Shown here piece by piece: positions 11,938 to 24,592 of a stretch of 64,000 bases of DNA (its first letter is position 1; every line of letters begins with the position of its first letter). Location: the NCBI GenBank assembly GCA_016748015.1, contig JAAOMT010000607.1:806001-870000 (forward strand), given 5' to 3'. The DNA is from Geosiphon pyriformis uo1 (taxonomy: Eukaryota > Fungi > Glomeromycota). The notes under the pieces are model-generated. The model was not told where the DNA came from, did not search any database, and saw only the letters and a program-made list of their open reading frames with translations. The position numbers and the translations under genes were made by a program.

Positions 11938-12732
11938 TTGGAGAATTCAAATATATATAGCATCCGAAAAGCAGCAAGAAACAATAGAAATTTCAACATA
12001 GACCTTTCAAATCAAATTTTAAAATTATCTAAACAATTATTTAAGACAATTCAAAAATCGACATCTCAAATAGAAATAACAATTGATAAAAAAGAGATAT
12101 GGTACAAAGATAAGAGCAGGAAAGGGGAGGATGAGAGTTCAATTAGAACTAAACATTCTCTCCTCTACCCACCATCTGAAAGACAATGTTGGAGGAAAAA
12201 TTGCCTTTGGGTGGAAGGTGGAAAAGAAGAAGGCAAAGAATGAGAAAAAGGTTACAAAAAAAGATACTTGGTCCCTGAGCTCGAAAAAATAAAAGAAGCT
12301 TTAATTCATGGGACTGAACTCCCCAAAACAGAGAAATGAACACCTAACAATGCCCAGGAATAAAAAGAAAGACTTCCTCCAGCTTATTGGTTCTACAAAA
12401 TTGGAGAACAGCTTAACTTGAAAACACCATATGAAGACCTCAGCCAGAAAACGTTCAACAAAGAAGCAATACAACAAGTAGAAAAATTCATAGAGAAAAA
12501 CAATCTGACTCTACATTACAAAGCAGCATACTGATTATATACTGCCTTCCAACATTGCCCAAATGTACTACTGAATGGATCTATAAAAACCATAATGATT
12601 AACAACATAAGATGAATAACCAATCAACAGTTCAAAGACCTACAAAAGACAATACTCGAGGCAACAATCGAACATTACACGAATGAAGCCATGATAACAG
12701 ATACATACAATTTCGCAGGAGCTCAATTTTAA
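11938..12732 (+). pseudogene. Element B ORF3 (decayed homolog of 3878-4615)
   Basis: AYWFYKIGEQL...KAAY*LYTAFQHCPNVLLN aligns with SYKYFQIGKTL...RAAFRLYDLFNTCENVLQN. Confidence 0.72.
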
Positions 12733-12746
12733 AAAAATAGGGATAA

Positions 12747-13826
12747 TGTTACCCGAGTAGAAAAACCAATCCAAAGTTATAAAGAAACATGACCAAAATG
12801 TGACATAACACAGAATAATGCGCAATAATATTGGATAATGTATTATAACATAAGATAACATGTTATAATATAGAATAACACAGAATAGCACGTAATAACA
12901 TAGAATAATGTATTATAATGCAGGATAACACAGAATAACATGTAATAACATCAGATAATGTGTTATAATATAAGATAACTAGCAATAATATAGAAAAATA
13001 AAGCAATAACAGAAACAACAAAACAATAGTTAGCGATAGCGAAACAATTGAAAGCAATCCTGTAAAACCAAAAGAATATATAAAAGCAAGTAGTTGTAGA
13101 AGTGAGAAAAGACAGACAGATAGATATGAACCTCTAGACCAGAATTAAAATATCCATATCCCTTCATCCTTTATTATCTTCCCTATTTCATCTCCTGAAA
13201 TAAACCAATTATTAAAGAAATCAGAATCACAAATTCATGTTCTTAAACTTTGTAGAATTTACGTGAATTAACCCTTGTCTCATACCTCCATTCTAAAACA
13301 GATGCTCTTAGCATAACTGTCTTGAACCTATTAACAATTTGAACCAATTGCTCTTGATCACAGTGATTGACGATACTAATTTATCTTTTTCTCTCTTTTC
13401 TTTTCTTTTTCTTTTTCTTTCTTTTTCTGTCTTATTTTTGTAGAGCGGCAACATAGTAAAATCGACTGTTTGAGAATAGACTTCGTAATAGCCTGGTAAA
13501 AGAGAGAAGCTCCTTCTAAGTTTTTGAATATTAATATTATCTTGCTAGCTTACCAGAAAGGTAAAAAGACAATGCCAGACCCTAACAACTGCGCTTATTA
13601 GCTTGGAGAAGAAAGCTCACATTTACAAAAAACATTGCAATCGACAAAAGACAAACTTTGTGCCTTATAACCAAAAAACTCAATGAGTAAAATTCACATC
13701 CAGGAATAGCTCTTCAGAGACTGATAATCAAGACTAAGCCAACAGAATTACGTGAAAGATGCATCATCAATAATTGAGAGCACCAAACGTTACCATTTTT
13801 CATACTCACCAAGTTTACCTGTAACA
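12747..13826 (+). repeat. 3' LTR of element B (LTR family B)
   Basis: TGTTAC...GTAACA after PPT AAAAAAATAGGGATAA; TATA ~13076; related to 51695-52742 and 54226-55233. Confidence 0.92.
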
Positions 13827-16800
13827 TCATTGCCACAGTGTCTGAATTTGGGGAAATTAAGTTGATCAAAATTCAGCTGATTGGAATGTGGCAAAAAGCT
13901 GTGGTAAAGTTTGCTGAATTAGACCAAGCTAATTTATTAGTCTCTAAGTGGTCATTCCTGATTGGTAAGGATTCTGTGCACATAGCCAAAGTGGTGGAAG
14001 ATTGTAAGACTTGAACTTCAAGAAATCAGTTCAGAGCACTTTTGTTTACTTTGCTGGTGAGAACAATGGCACATGATCTTGAGACTCTTATGGATAGGAC
14101 TGGTGGGAAAACTTGTGTTATAAACAGATCTCTGGAAACTAGTAATAAGATTTGTTGTACTGTAGTCAGTTTTGAATCTGATAATAATCTGAAATCTGCC
14201 TTTTGCATGGAGCCTGGCTCGAGTTTTTCTAAGGTTCTGACTTCCAAGGTAGGTAGATTGGAATTGAAAATGGTAGCTTTCGAGGTCTCAATCAGTTCAG
14301 TTTTGGAAAAGTTGGATTGTCTGTATTCTGGTGCAAGTTCTTTAGCTCTCCTTCTTTCTTAATAAGTAGTTTGATGTGGAAAGTGGCTATGTGTAACATT
14401 AGAGGCATGAACAATCCTGCCAAACAAGAGGATATTGTTCAATGGCACAAAAATATGGGCAACATAATTTCTGTGGTTACTGAGACAAAGTTAAAAGGCA
14501 AAGTTTGTCCTTAGATTATGAATAAGTTTGATGGTGTTCGAGTGTTCATCTCTGGTTTGGAGTCTGGTTATTTGGGTACAGGTGTTGTCATAATTATGGA
14601 TGCTTCTCTGGCAAAGCACATATGCAAAGTTTCTGAGATGTCTGGTCAATTAATTTCTATGAAATTACTATTTAAAAACAAACTTTCATTGATGGTTTTG
14701 GGCTTGTATGCAGGTGTTATCTTGGAAAAGAGGCTGGCTTATTCTCATGTTGTCAATTCAATAGTGACTGAGGCTCTAAATGGCAGTACATTCATTGTTC
14801 TTGATGGTAACTTTAATGAAAATGATTCTGGTCACAATGCAAGCTTCAAGAAATATCTGGATTTGGGTTTGTTTGATTCTTTACATGGTTCTTCTTTGCA
14901 CAGACTTCTCATATGGTCCAATTTGAGAGGTGTTCAAAAGTGCATAGATTTTATATTAGTTAGTAAGGGTCTTTGCAGTTTGTCTTTTAACCAAAAAGTT
15001 TACTGTCTGGCTGAATTTTTTGATTCTGACCACTTGGTCATATTAGCGAACATTGGTTTGAGAGGCTTTTTCAATTTTCAGCTTAATTTGGTATGCAAAC
15101 AGGCTGCAAAAAAAAAATGGAAATACAAAGTTAGTGGTGTTAGTGATGAGATTTGGAAAAAGTTTGGAGATGCATTATTGGCTGCTTTTTCAAAGTCTGC
15201 TAGTGATTTTGAATACCACATCTCTGAAGGTGATATCAATAGAATGTGGACACTCCTCTGCCAAATGGTACAATCTGCAATAGAAGTCACTCTCATGAAA
15301 ACATGATCCAGAGATGGTGGGTTGGTCAAAACTTCTGCATCTTCTAGATTTCATAAGTTAGAACTTCTGGTGGCAAAAATTTTGAATGCATACAAATCAG
15401 GTAATTTGGAAAGACTTCAGGCTTTAGTTGATAAATGGGTTAACTTGGACTTTGACCAAGCCGTAAAGTTCAAGAGTTCCTTGAACAATAGTCATGACAA
15501 AGTGTTGGTTAAACAATTACTGGCATATTTTAGAAAATTATATAGGTCTCGCAAGTTTTTGGAATTTAAGACTACTGAGAACTCATAGATCCAGGTGGTC
15601 ATTGATAAGTGCATAGAAGCTTTTGTAGACAACAAAGGTTAAATGATTAGAAATATGTTAGAAAAGCCTTTCAGAAAAGTCACATTGGATTATCTGGTTA
15701 ATAATGGTGATTTGATCTTAGAACCTGATTTGGTTAAGAGCAAGGTGGATTCAATTATAGAAAATTGGACCAGGGAATGCACAATCAAATCTTTGATGTC
15801 TTCTTGTTGACAAGCACAATTCTCTCCTCTCAATCATGTCAGTGATAATGCATTTTCTGGGGTAATGAAGCAAATTGATTTTGATGAGTTTTTATTAGTG
15901 GTCAAAAATTTTCTTAATGACAAAGCTACTGGTTTGTCTGGCATCTCTAATGAGATGTGGAAACACTGTGATGAGTCTGTTCTAGTCCTTCTTTTGCATC
16001 TGCTCAACTTGTGCTTAATATGCAAATCTGTTCTGGATGCTTGGAAAGAAGTTTGGATTTCCATGATTCCAAAATCTTATGAGTGGAAAGGAGTTCTGAT
16101 GAACACCAGACCTATTGCTCTCATTGAAACCTCTAGGAAAATTCTTTTAAAGATTTTATTTGATTGTATTTTGAGGGTCTGCAACACACACAATGTTTTG
16201 CGTGGAGACAATTTTTCAGTGTTGAAAGGCACTTCTACTCAGTCTCCTATCTTTGTTATAGGTTTTGTTGTGAAAGATGCTTTGAAAAAGAGCAGAGAAC
16301 TCTGGTTGGTGCTTCAGAACATGCACAAAGCTTATGATTTAGTGGGCTGGTTGCATCTGAAGAGTAGTTTAGAGAGAATCAAAATATGTGAGAGATTTGT
16401 CAGGTTTTTTGGTAGTATCCACAATGGCCACAAGAATAGAGTTATAACAGACTTTGGTTTGTCTAAGAGTTACAAAGTTCACAATGGTTTGGACCAGGGA
16501 AAAGTTTTTTCTCCTCTTTTGTGGAGAATTTTTTATGACTCTCTGTTGTGCGAAGTGAAAAAACATGAGTTATTTTTTGGGTATCAAGTCGATTCCAAAT
16601 TTGTGGCCAGAATGGGCAGAATTAAGTCAAATGCTGATTTGACTTCTTATTTAGCTGCTGGTGCTTTTGTGGATGACACCATTTGGGTTGGCAATTGTCA
16701 TACAGCAACACAGAATATTTTGAACATTACTAATGAGTTTTTTGAATTAATGGATATATCAATTAACACAGAAAAAACGGTTGCCATTCTTATTAACCCA

Positions 16801-19177
16801 AGATCCAGCAACACCTCCTTGAAAGTGAGTGGGTCTTCAATCTCAATCACAAAGGCTGGTGAAGCTCATCAGTATCTAGGTATTTTTCTGTTGACTAAAA
16901 ATTTCTTTGGTCTAAGTTTGAAAAAGACAAATTCAGATGTCAAATTTTTCTCATCCATGGTTTTGTGCAAGGCTGTTATGGACAAGCAGTTCTCTTACTT
17001 AGTATCAGCTGTTTTACAGTTCATAGTGGAATATAAAACTCAATTTAGCTTCACCAGTAGAGGCATGTACAAGAAATAGGACTGTATGATTAGGAAGAAG
17101 TTGAAGTCTAAGGCCAGTCTGCTTAAGAACTTTCCTAATAAGACAATACATCATCCTTCTTTTTACAATTTAAAGCCCTTTGAACAGGTTCAGGCAGAAG
17201 CAAAAGTCTTGTCAGTGTTACAGTTTGCTAATGATAGTGGGTTAATGGGTCAATTATTTAGGCACAGATCAATGGACTTGCAAGTTTTGGAGTGGGTTTT
17301 TCAGAAATTTCTTCAATTTTCTGTTAAGTTAATGGTCAATTCGATGAACAATTTTCTGGCTGGTGTTACTAAGATTTTTTTATGTAATAATATCTCCTTA
17401 GCTAATGGCTTGCCCAATGCTTTTTGTTTTAAGTGAAGTTTTTCTGTTCTAGATATTTTGGGCCAAGCTATGTATCTTCGGGTTTGCAGATCACTAAAGC
17501 ATTTTGGAGTCATTTTTGCAGACCAGTTGTTGAACAGTCATAGAAAATGTTTTAATTGGAAGAATTTTTGCCATTGGAAACAATTGGATTCCAGAGGCTT
17601 AGTTCCTTTATGGTTCATGCTGGTTTCAGATTTTGTCAAGAGTGGTGGTTTGGTTAAAAGTTCCTCTTTTGCTGTTGGGTTCCCTTTTATGCTGGATGTT
17701 TTTCATATAGACCAATTTGGTTTTGTCCATTCTAGTTTAAAAGATGCTTCTTTACCAATGATCTTAGTTTATACTAATGACTCTGTTAAAGGCTTTGGTA
17801 TTTCTAATGCTGTCAGAGGGGCTGCCACTTATTTTTCTGATCTAAGTTTACACATAAGTGTAGAGGTTCATGGTTTGCTATCATCTACTCTAGCCAAAAT
17901 GCTGGCTATTGTGCTGGCTTTCAAGTGCATACTGGCTTCCTCAAATGTTACAATTTTCTCTGACAGTTAGGCTTCCTTAGATACATGTCAAGCCGAGTTG
18001 AGGTTGGTGGCTCTAGATTTTCGCAACAGATGCTAGATAGAGTGCCATCATATTAGCAATTTGGACAAGAATAAAAACATTTCTGTTACTTGGTCTAAGA
18101 TAAAAGGTCATTCTGGTGTTTTGGACAATAAGTGTGCTAATTGTTTGGCTGATCTAATCACATCATCAGGGCTTGTTTTTTCAACTAACATCAAAAAAAA
18201 ATTCTTAATGGCAGATGGTAAGGTGATTTTTGGCAATACATGTCATTTCACTAGGTTGACAAATGATACTGTTAGATGCTTTTAATGGAAATTTGGACCT
18301 GGTTCAAGCGTTATGGATCCTTCATGAATTGGAGACATAAATTGAGTTTGTACTGCCTTGGTTTGGCATTCTGACTCCCACATGTCTACAGGATATATAA
18401 GCAGAACTACCACCAGTTTGCACACATATTTGATAAAAGTCTTACATAAAAGGCTACCTATAGCTGTTAGAAAGTGCTTGTATGATCAAAGTTATCTTAG
18501 TGTGTTATGTGTCCACTATGGAAAGATGGATTTTTCGGATTATAGTTTTGTTTGTTACTTGGACTTTCTAATGCATCAGAGCTTATTAAGTGAGCATTCC
18601 TCTTTTTGGAAATCTCTTACTAAGACAACCTTGTCATTATCTATGGTTTTGCAGTTTCTGGCTTCCTCAGTTTCTGATGGTGGTCTCTATACATCTTTGT
18701 GCAAGAGTCTTGTGTTTAAAAATTGGTTGGCAGAGGCTAAAAAATTTTTTGTGAATACTAAAATTGCAATGTCTAATTTGGTCAAGTTTATTTGGAGTTT
18801 GGTTATTGGCCATAGAGAGCAGATTTGAGTGCCTAATTCAAAACTTTGAGCTGAGATGGAGTGTTATGGGTCATTATGTACAGATGAGTCTTTATATGAT
18901 GTCATTCGGGTTTTTCCTGCTAAGATTTTAGGTGGTATTGCTCGTTTACTAGGGATTGAGAAAGGTTATGCGACCAACTTTGGTCTAAGTGTTAGCCATT
19001 TATTTTTTGCTGATGCTGCTGGCGAAGACACAATGAATATAGTTACATAGTGTAGCTTTGATTGGCCAAGTGGCTAGTCACATATAGCAAGAGCGTAAAT
19101 CACATTTAATTTAGAACTTTAGATAATTGTATTGTATTAGATAGTAATTGGGCTTCACTCATTAAATAAAAAAAAAA
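13827..19177 (+). mobile_element. LINE copy a: ORF1 remnant (internal deletion near 14213), ORF2, 3' UTR, poly(A)
   Basis: RRM-like ORF1 remnant, ORF2 domains, conserved 3' UTR and A-tail. Confidence 0.92.
14362..19050 (+). pseudogene. LINE a ORF2: APE endonuclease, RT, RNase H, C-terminal zinc-binding domain
   Basis: NIRG, TETK, GNFN, IDFI, SDH; RPIALIET, KAYD, GLDQG..SPLLW, AFVDD, YLG; VYTNDS..KIKGHSG. Confidence 0.92.
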
Positions 19178-19630
19178 TATTTAAATATATTATTATTATT
19201 ATTTAACAAATTTAATTATTAATTTATTAAGTTTTAATTAATTTTGAACTTTAAATATATAAATAAAAATTAGAAAATTTTTTTGATATAATTTAATATT
19301 AGTTGCTTAACTTAATTAATATTTTTAATATTATACTGGAAATTTTAATTTTAAAAATATTAAATTCGCAAAATCATTTTTTAATATGCCAATTAAATTC
19401 AGATTTTTGTTAAGATTATTTATATATGTTATTTTTACATAATTTTATTGGAAAATGGTTTACTATTTTTTCAGTTTAAAATATTATTTAGATAATACAG
19501 TAGTACCTCCATAAGAGTGCTTTTTATAAGTGTATCCTTTATATTCTGTATGTGCAAATGATTTTATATTTTATAATTGCATGCACCAATCAGAGGTTTC
19601 TGATTATTTGTTAGTAGGGTTAGATTTGTT

Positions 19631-19660
19631 TTGATTGGCTTGGTGGCTAGTCACGTGTAA
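19631..19660 (+). promoter_or_regulatory. Reverse CCAAT box plus GTCACGTG E-box upstream of the RNase III gene
   Basis: TTGATTGGCTTGGTGGCTAGTCACGTGTAA, ~265 bp before the ATG; another CCAAT at ~19586. Confidence 0.55.
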
Positions 19661-19923
19661 AACAATATATATTTTATTATTGGCTATTCTTTAAATGCAT
19701 ACTCTCACTAAGCGCAAATTTAATTTACAATTAATAAATTTTCTATATTAAAGAAATGTATTTTCGTAAAAAACAAAGTTACCCTTTTGAACGACAATAA
19801 TTCACCATAAGTTAAGGGTTTGCTTTTTTTTTTTTCCATTAGGCAAAGGAAGATACGAGTCTTGCTGCTAAATAAACAGACGAACGAAAAGAGGGTAATA
19901 TAGGAGTAGGTGTTTTAAAACCA

Positions 19924-21709
19924 ATGGCATCAAGAGAGGTATTAAGCACTCCTGAGACGAGTACACTTGGTACACTTGGTACACACTACCGCTTTGGGGG
20001 CAAACTTTTTTGTCCCGAAGTTGGTGGAGTGGTTCCTGAGTTGGAAGTAAATTTAAAGGAGGGCGTTTTTCTCGGCTTCTCTACTCCAACTCCTCTTGAT
20101 GACAGACCAAATGAGGTTATTGCCATCAAAGAAAAGTTCTCGAGCACTAACAGTTCTGTGTCCTCCTTGAACCTTCAAAGTTCTAAGACTCCAGAAGCTA
20201 AAAAGTCTCGAGCTGATTTTCTTGTCGGCCTGACCTCGGCCCTCTCCAATAGCCTAAAAAACAATAATTTAGATCCAAAATTGCTTCAAGAATTTTCCCA
20301 GTTTTTGAAGAAATATGAAGGATTGGAAACATCAAGTCGATTTCATAATGTCTCTTTTGAGATAAATGATACGGAAATGACTGGATCCATTCAAAGTAAT
20401 CTTACACAACGACCTCCTCTGTTGGTGGTTCCCTCCATTGAAAATGAAAAAAATATGTTGTCTGGTCAGAAACCACAGACCGCTATCACAGTTGACCATT
20501 TACATGAAGCCCCTAGGAATCAAAATAACCATACCACAATCCATGATGTTGCCCCGGAGTTTGAATGTTCCTCGCATTCTTTGTGTCCAACAGCCGAATC
20601 TATCCCTAAACCAGTTGAGATAATTGTCATTCCAGATGAAGATAATATTGATTTCGATATTGAGATCATTGAAATTAGTGATGATGAAGGTGAAGAAGAA
20701 AAAACAGGCGAAAAGAGGCAATTTATGGAAGTTCAACACAAACGAGGAACAAAGCGGCGGAGGAGTCGCAGAGATCAGCACGTAGATCCAAGTATAGCAA
20801 CATGTAAATCTTGAAAAATTTTGTTCCACTATTTTTTATCTAATTAACGTTTTTCAAATCCCTACCCAAATCTTGTTATAAGCAATCACAGGTCATCCCC
20901 TCCCTCTTTTCAAAGATCAAAGTCTCCGAACATTGGCCTTGACCCCACGCAAAATACGTCCTCAAACTGGAGAAAACTACGAAAGACTCGAACATTTGGG
21001 TGATCGCGTTTTGCAAATTATTGCCACTGAAATGTTCTTGAAACGCTTGGGATACTTAAAACCACCATATAGTCGAAACATTGGATCATATATCCAAGAT
21101 TTGGTCCGGAATTCAACGCTTAGCGTTTTTGGCTATATTTTGAATCTTAAAAAAGAGGTGGCGAATGTTCATAGTCCATACGTCGCCTCCCGCCTCTCAC
21201 CAAAGGATCACGCTGATATGATCGAGGCAATCATAGCTGCCCATTATCTTGACAACAACAGAGATTTAACCCCCACTTCTATATATTTGGAGCAACTTAT
21301 GGGATCCCTGGTGGATGAGTTCTTGAAAGCTCCTAAATATGGCCTCAGCATCATCTCGCATTGGTTAGGGACAACTTATCCTCACCTAAAGGATCATGCA
21401 CTTCACTCTAACCTATTCAAAGTTGAAAAAACACGGTTGAATTTGATAGAAATATCTCGCAATATCCCGGAGATAAAGGAATTGAATGGATTCGTTCAAA
21501 GAATCTATGGTCGTATGTTAAATTTACAGCTTGATCCTTCTGCTAAGGATCAGTTTCGGATAATTCTTCATGCGGGACCCTATCAAGTGGAAGGTCAGGC
21601 CCCTAATCTCTCTCAAGCAGCCCGCAGCGCTGCCCTAGAAGCCCTTCGATACTTTAGAAATTTGGAAGGGATTAGCTTACAGGAAAATAGCCATATGATT
21701 ACAATCTGA
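19924..21709 (+). CDS. Single-domain RNase III plus C-terminal dsRBD, with long disordered N-terminus; exons 19924-20803 and 20883-21709
   Basis: ERLEHLGD and ADMIEA (all four acidic catalytic residues); dsRBD helix GQAPNLSQAARSAALEAL; GT-AG intron joins the exons in frame. Confidence 0.88.
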
Positions 21710-22613
21710 TAAATTAGTGGGTAAAATTCTAACTTTATTGGGTTTTATGAAGATTTAATGGCTTAATTGAAAATGTCTTCTCTACAATCATCATGCAGAC
21801 TGAATATTCAGTTCTTAAAATTCATCAGTCCAGTCTTATCCTCATGTTTTCTTTATTTAGTTTCATACCGTTCATCACCTGCCGATATGATGATTTTAGC
21901 ATCAGACAAACTCAATCGTTTAGTTTTGATGTTTTAATTCTTTTAATACATTCCTCATGAATACATACCGAGCGATTTTCTGACGCATGGCTATCAAACC
22001 TAGTGGAAAAATGATAACGCGATCCAAGGTTGGTTTCATCCAACTATCCTGAATGTGAAGTCATTACTTGACCTTTGGTCAATAACGGTGAAAAAACTAG
22101 CCCTTTTTCTTGTATTGACCAAATCTTTGTATCCACTTTATTAGATCTCTGAATTCCTATCAATTAAAAGTGAATCTTCTCAAGAATTTTCGATATCAAG
22201 TTGTACGATTCATTAATAATCCTCCAGTCGTTAACATAGTTAGAGAATTGGGCATTCTGAATAGAATTTTTCTCACTTCATCAAATCTTTAACATTTTTT
22301 GGGGTTAACCGAATCCAATGTCACGAGGTTCAAATTGGTTTATATATTCCTGTTTAAATCCCATGAAAATGGTCGAAAGTTATGATATTGTTGATCAAAT
22401 TAATCCTGAGCTAAAGCCTAGCTGATTACTAAGTGATTGAATGAGCTTTTTGTCTGCAGTTCACACCAGACATACCAAAGAAAAGGTCAAAGGCATATGG
22501 CAACAAGCTAGTTGAAAAAGCAAGGAAATTTTCGGTAAAGGATCTTCAAAAGCCTAGAAACTAACGAGTTGAGAAATAATTTAACTGTATCTTTGAAAAA
22601 AAAACCTGAAGCT

Positions 22614-23919
22614 TTAGTCCTCGCTGCTTTCAGCTCCGTTCGCATCTGACATGATAACGTCGTCAGGTTCGTTATCGTTATCGTTATCGCTACTGGTACC
22701 TTTTTCTTCGTTTTCGTCATTTTCTTTTGTGGGTGATTGTTCAGGCGCAGCAGAACTAGAAGCCTTCCCATTTTCTGTGCTAAGTCCATTAGCTCGACGC
22801 TTTCTATCACCATTTCTTGTCTTCATTACTTCAAAATTTTGCATCACATAATTTTTACATTTCGAGGCGTTAGGCAAATCTTGAATCATCTTTCGAATTG
22901 TAGCTTGAGAGAATCCGAAATAATCTGGGCCTGAAGCCGCGTTTGAATGATTTCTATGACGGATCGCGTTAGCTGTACGAACGATATTTGTCCAAGCACC
23001 AGTTGCAGTTTTAGCTGTGATAGGCTCATCAGGCTGATCATCGGCCTCAATTACAAACTAAAGAAAAAAATAATGAGTTTTAAGCTCCTAAATTATTGAG
23101 AAAATAAAATATTTACCCTTGGTCCATCACCCCCATCTTCAATTTTGCATGTATACATGGTTAGGGAGTCAGGATTTATCATACTATTGTATGATCTGAT
23201 AAGTAAGGATTGTAAGAAAGTTATTTTATTGAATATCCAAGACAACAAACAAGTGTGAAAGAATTTATCTCAAATTAAAAATATTACCTTCTAACTTCAT
23301 AGCCAACGGGCCAGATGTATCTGTCATTGTGGAAAGTGTCTCTGTCGTAAATGATTTTTCCAAGACTGATAACAGTCAATATACTTCCAATTTGAACGGG
23401 TAATATATAGTTTTCATGTTTATCTTTTTCTACGTATTGAACTTTCAATGTTTTGCTGTTCAGTGGGGTTTTTGTTACTCGTTTTGTCGGGATTATGTCC
23501 ATGATTGGCATTGTGTTAACCATGTTGTTGGCAGGGATATGTGGTAACATCTTATTAGGATCTGAAATTCGAGGGCGACTAGTTTTTTTCTTTAGATTAT
23601 GTAGAGAAGAAAGTGATGAAGCACGAGAATTGGGAAGCGAAGATAATTCCTCAAATTCGATCGATTCAGCTTTTACAGACTTTTCAGACTCTGAAAAGTC
23701 TTTTTCTTCATATTGATTTAGGCGACAAATGATCAATTCTTTTTCACGTTTCAGAGTCTTGATTCTTTTGAGAGCGCGTTCAAGCTCAGCATTAACCCGG
23801 TCGTTTTCCGATTGCATCTCTTGAGCTCTACGTTTCAATTTTTGGTAATGTTCTTGCGGGACGGTTTCTCCAGTAAAAACCGTTTGACGACGAGAATTTT
23901 GCGAATTGTTTTGTGCCAT
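22614..23919 (-). CDS. TBRG1: TBRG1/NIAM-like FYRN-FYRC protein with N-terminal coiled coil; exons 23919-23288, 23195-23117, 23057-22614
   Basis: LGKII..FHNDRYIWPVGY..Y.S..YTCKI (FYRN); TGAW..SGPDYFGFS..IQDLPNA.KC.NY (FYRC); in-frame GT-AG introns. Confidence 0.88.
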
Positions 23920-24592
23920 TACGAATCTGGTTGTTCAAAAAGGGAATGGCGAGTCGCCTAACACCTTGTTTGTTGAGTTTTAAAAAAAAAGACGTGACAG
24001 TTATGTGATCCTTTGAGCAAAATAAAGAGAAAAAAGTTAATAATTTGGATTGAAATACATCAGTAAACTTTTTTTTACTATAAATATTTACCACAAGTTG
24101 TCAACTTGTGTAATGACCGATTTTTGGCCTTTGACTGTGAAGCCTCTTAAAGCTCGTATAATGACTTTTTCCTGGAGGATAAGATGTCAATATTTTCTAA
24201 TTCCTAAACTTTGAATCTAATCATGGAATGTCAATAGTTGCAACATGATATTTTGCTTATTAACTTAGTATTATATTATTATTTAATTATTTTTAATGTT
24301 ATCTTATTAAAATTTAATTTGTAATAATTTACAAATATATTAATATTTTTTTAACTAAAAAATTAGCAAACTAAAAGTTTAATAACATTATTCGAACAAA
24401 AAATTATTTACTTTAGCAATTACCAAAAAGACTAAAATATTTATACAAGCAAAAATTATAAAAAATTTCAGTAAATTCTTTATAAAATAATAAACAGGTT
24501 TACCGAGTATTTTAAAAAAGTGATTTTAAGTAAAACTAGTCTTTAAAAGGATTTTCTAGATAATCTTGCAAAATATTTAAAACCCTGGGTTA

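Larger units (their letters stand above)
5540..13826 (+). mobile_element. Ty3/gypsy LTR retrotransposon B (5' LTR outside window), inserted in LINE ORF1
   Basis: gag, PR, Zn-rich domain, dUTPase, RT, RH, IN, ORF3, PPT, LTR. Confidence 0.94.

Noticed and set aside
13480-13600. Hammerhead ribozyme / retrozyme in LTRs
   Set aside because: No CUGANGA..GAAA core found with suitable stems
13572-13826. Gag ORF starting inside LTR B (MPDPNNCAY...) as in Ty1
   Set aside because: The same stop codons occur in all three family B LTR copies, so they are probably ancestral rather than decay
21710-22610. Hidden gene between the convergent RNase III and TBRG1-like genes
   Set aside because: No sustained ORF or motif found; probably UTRs
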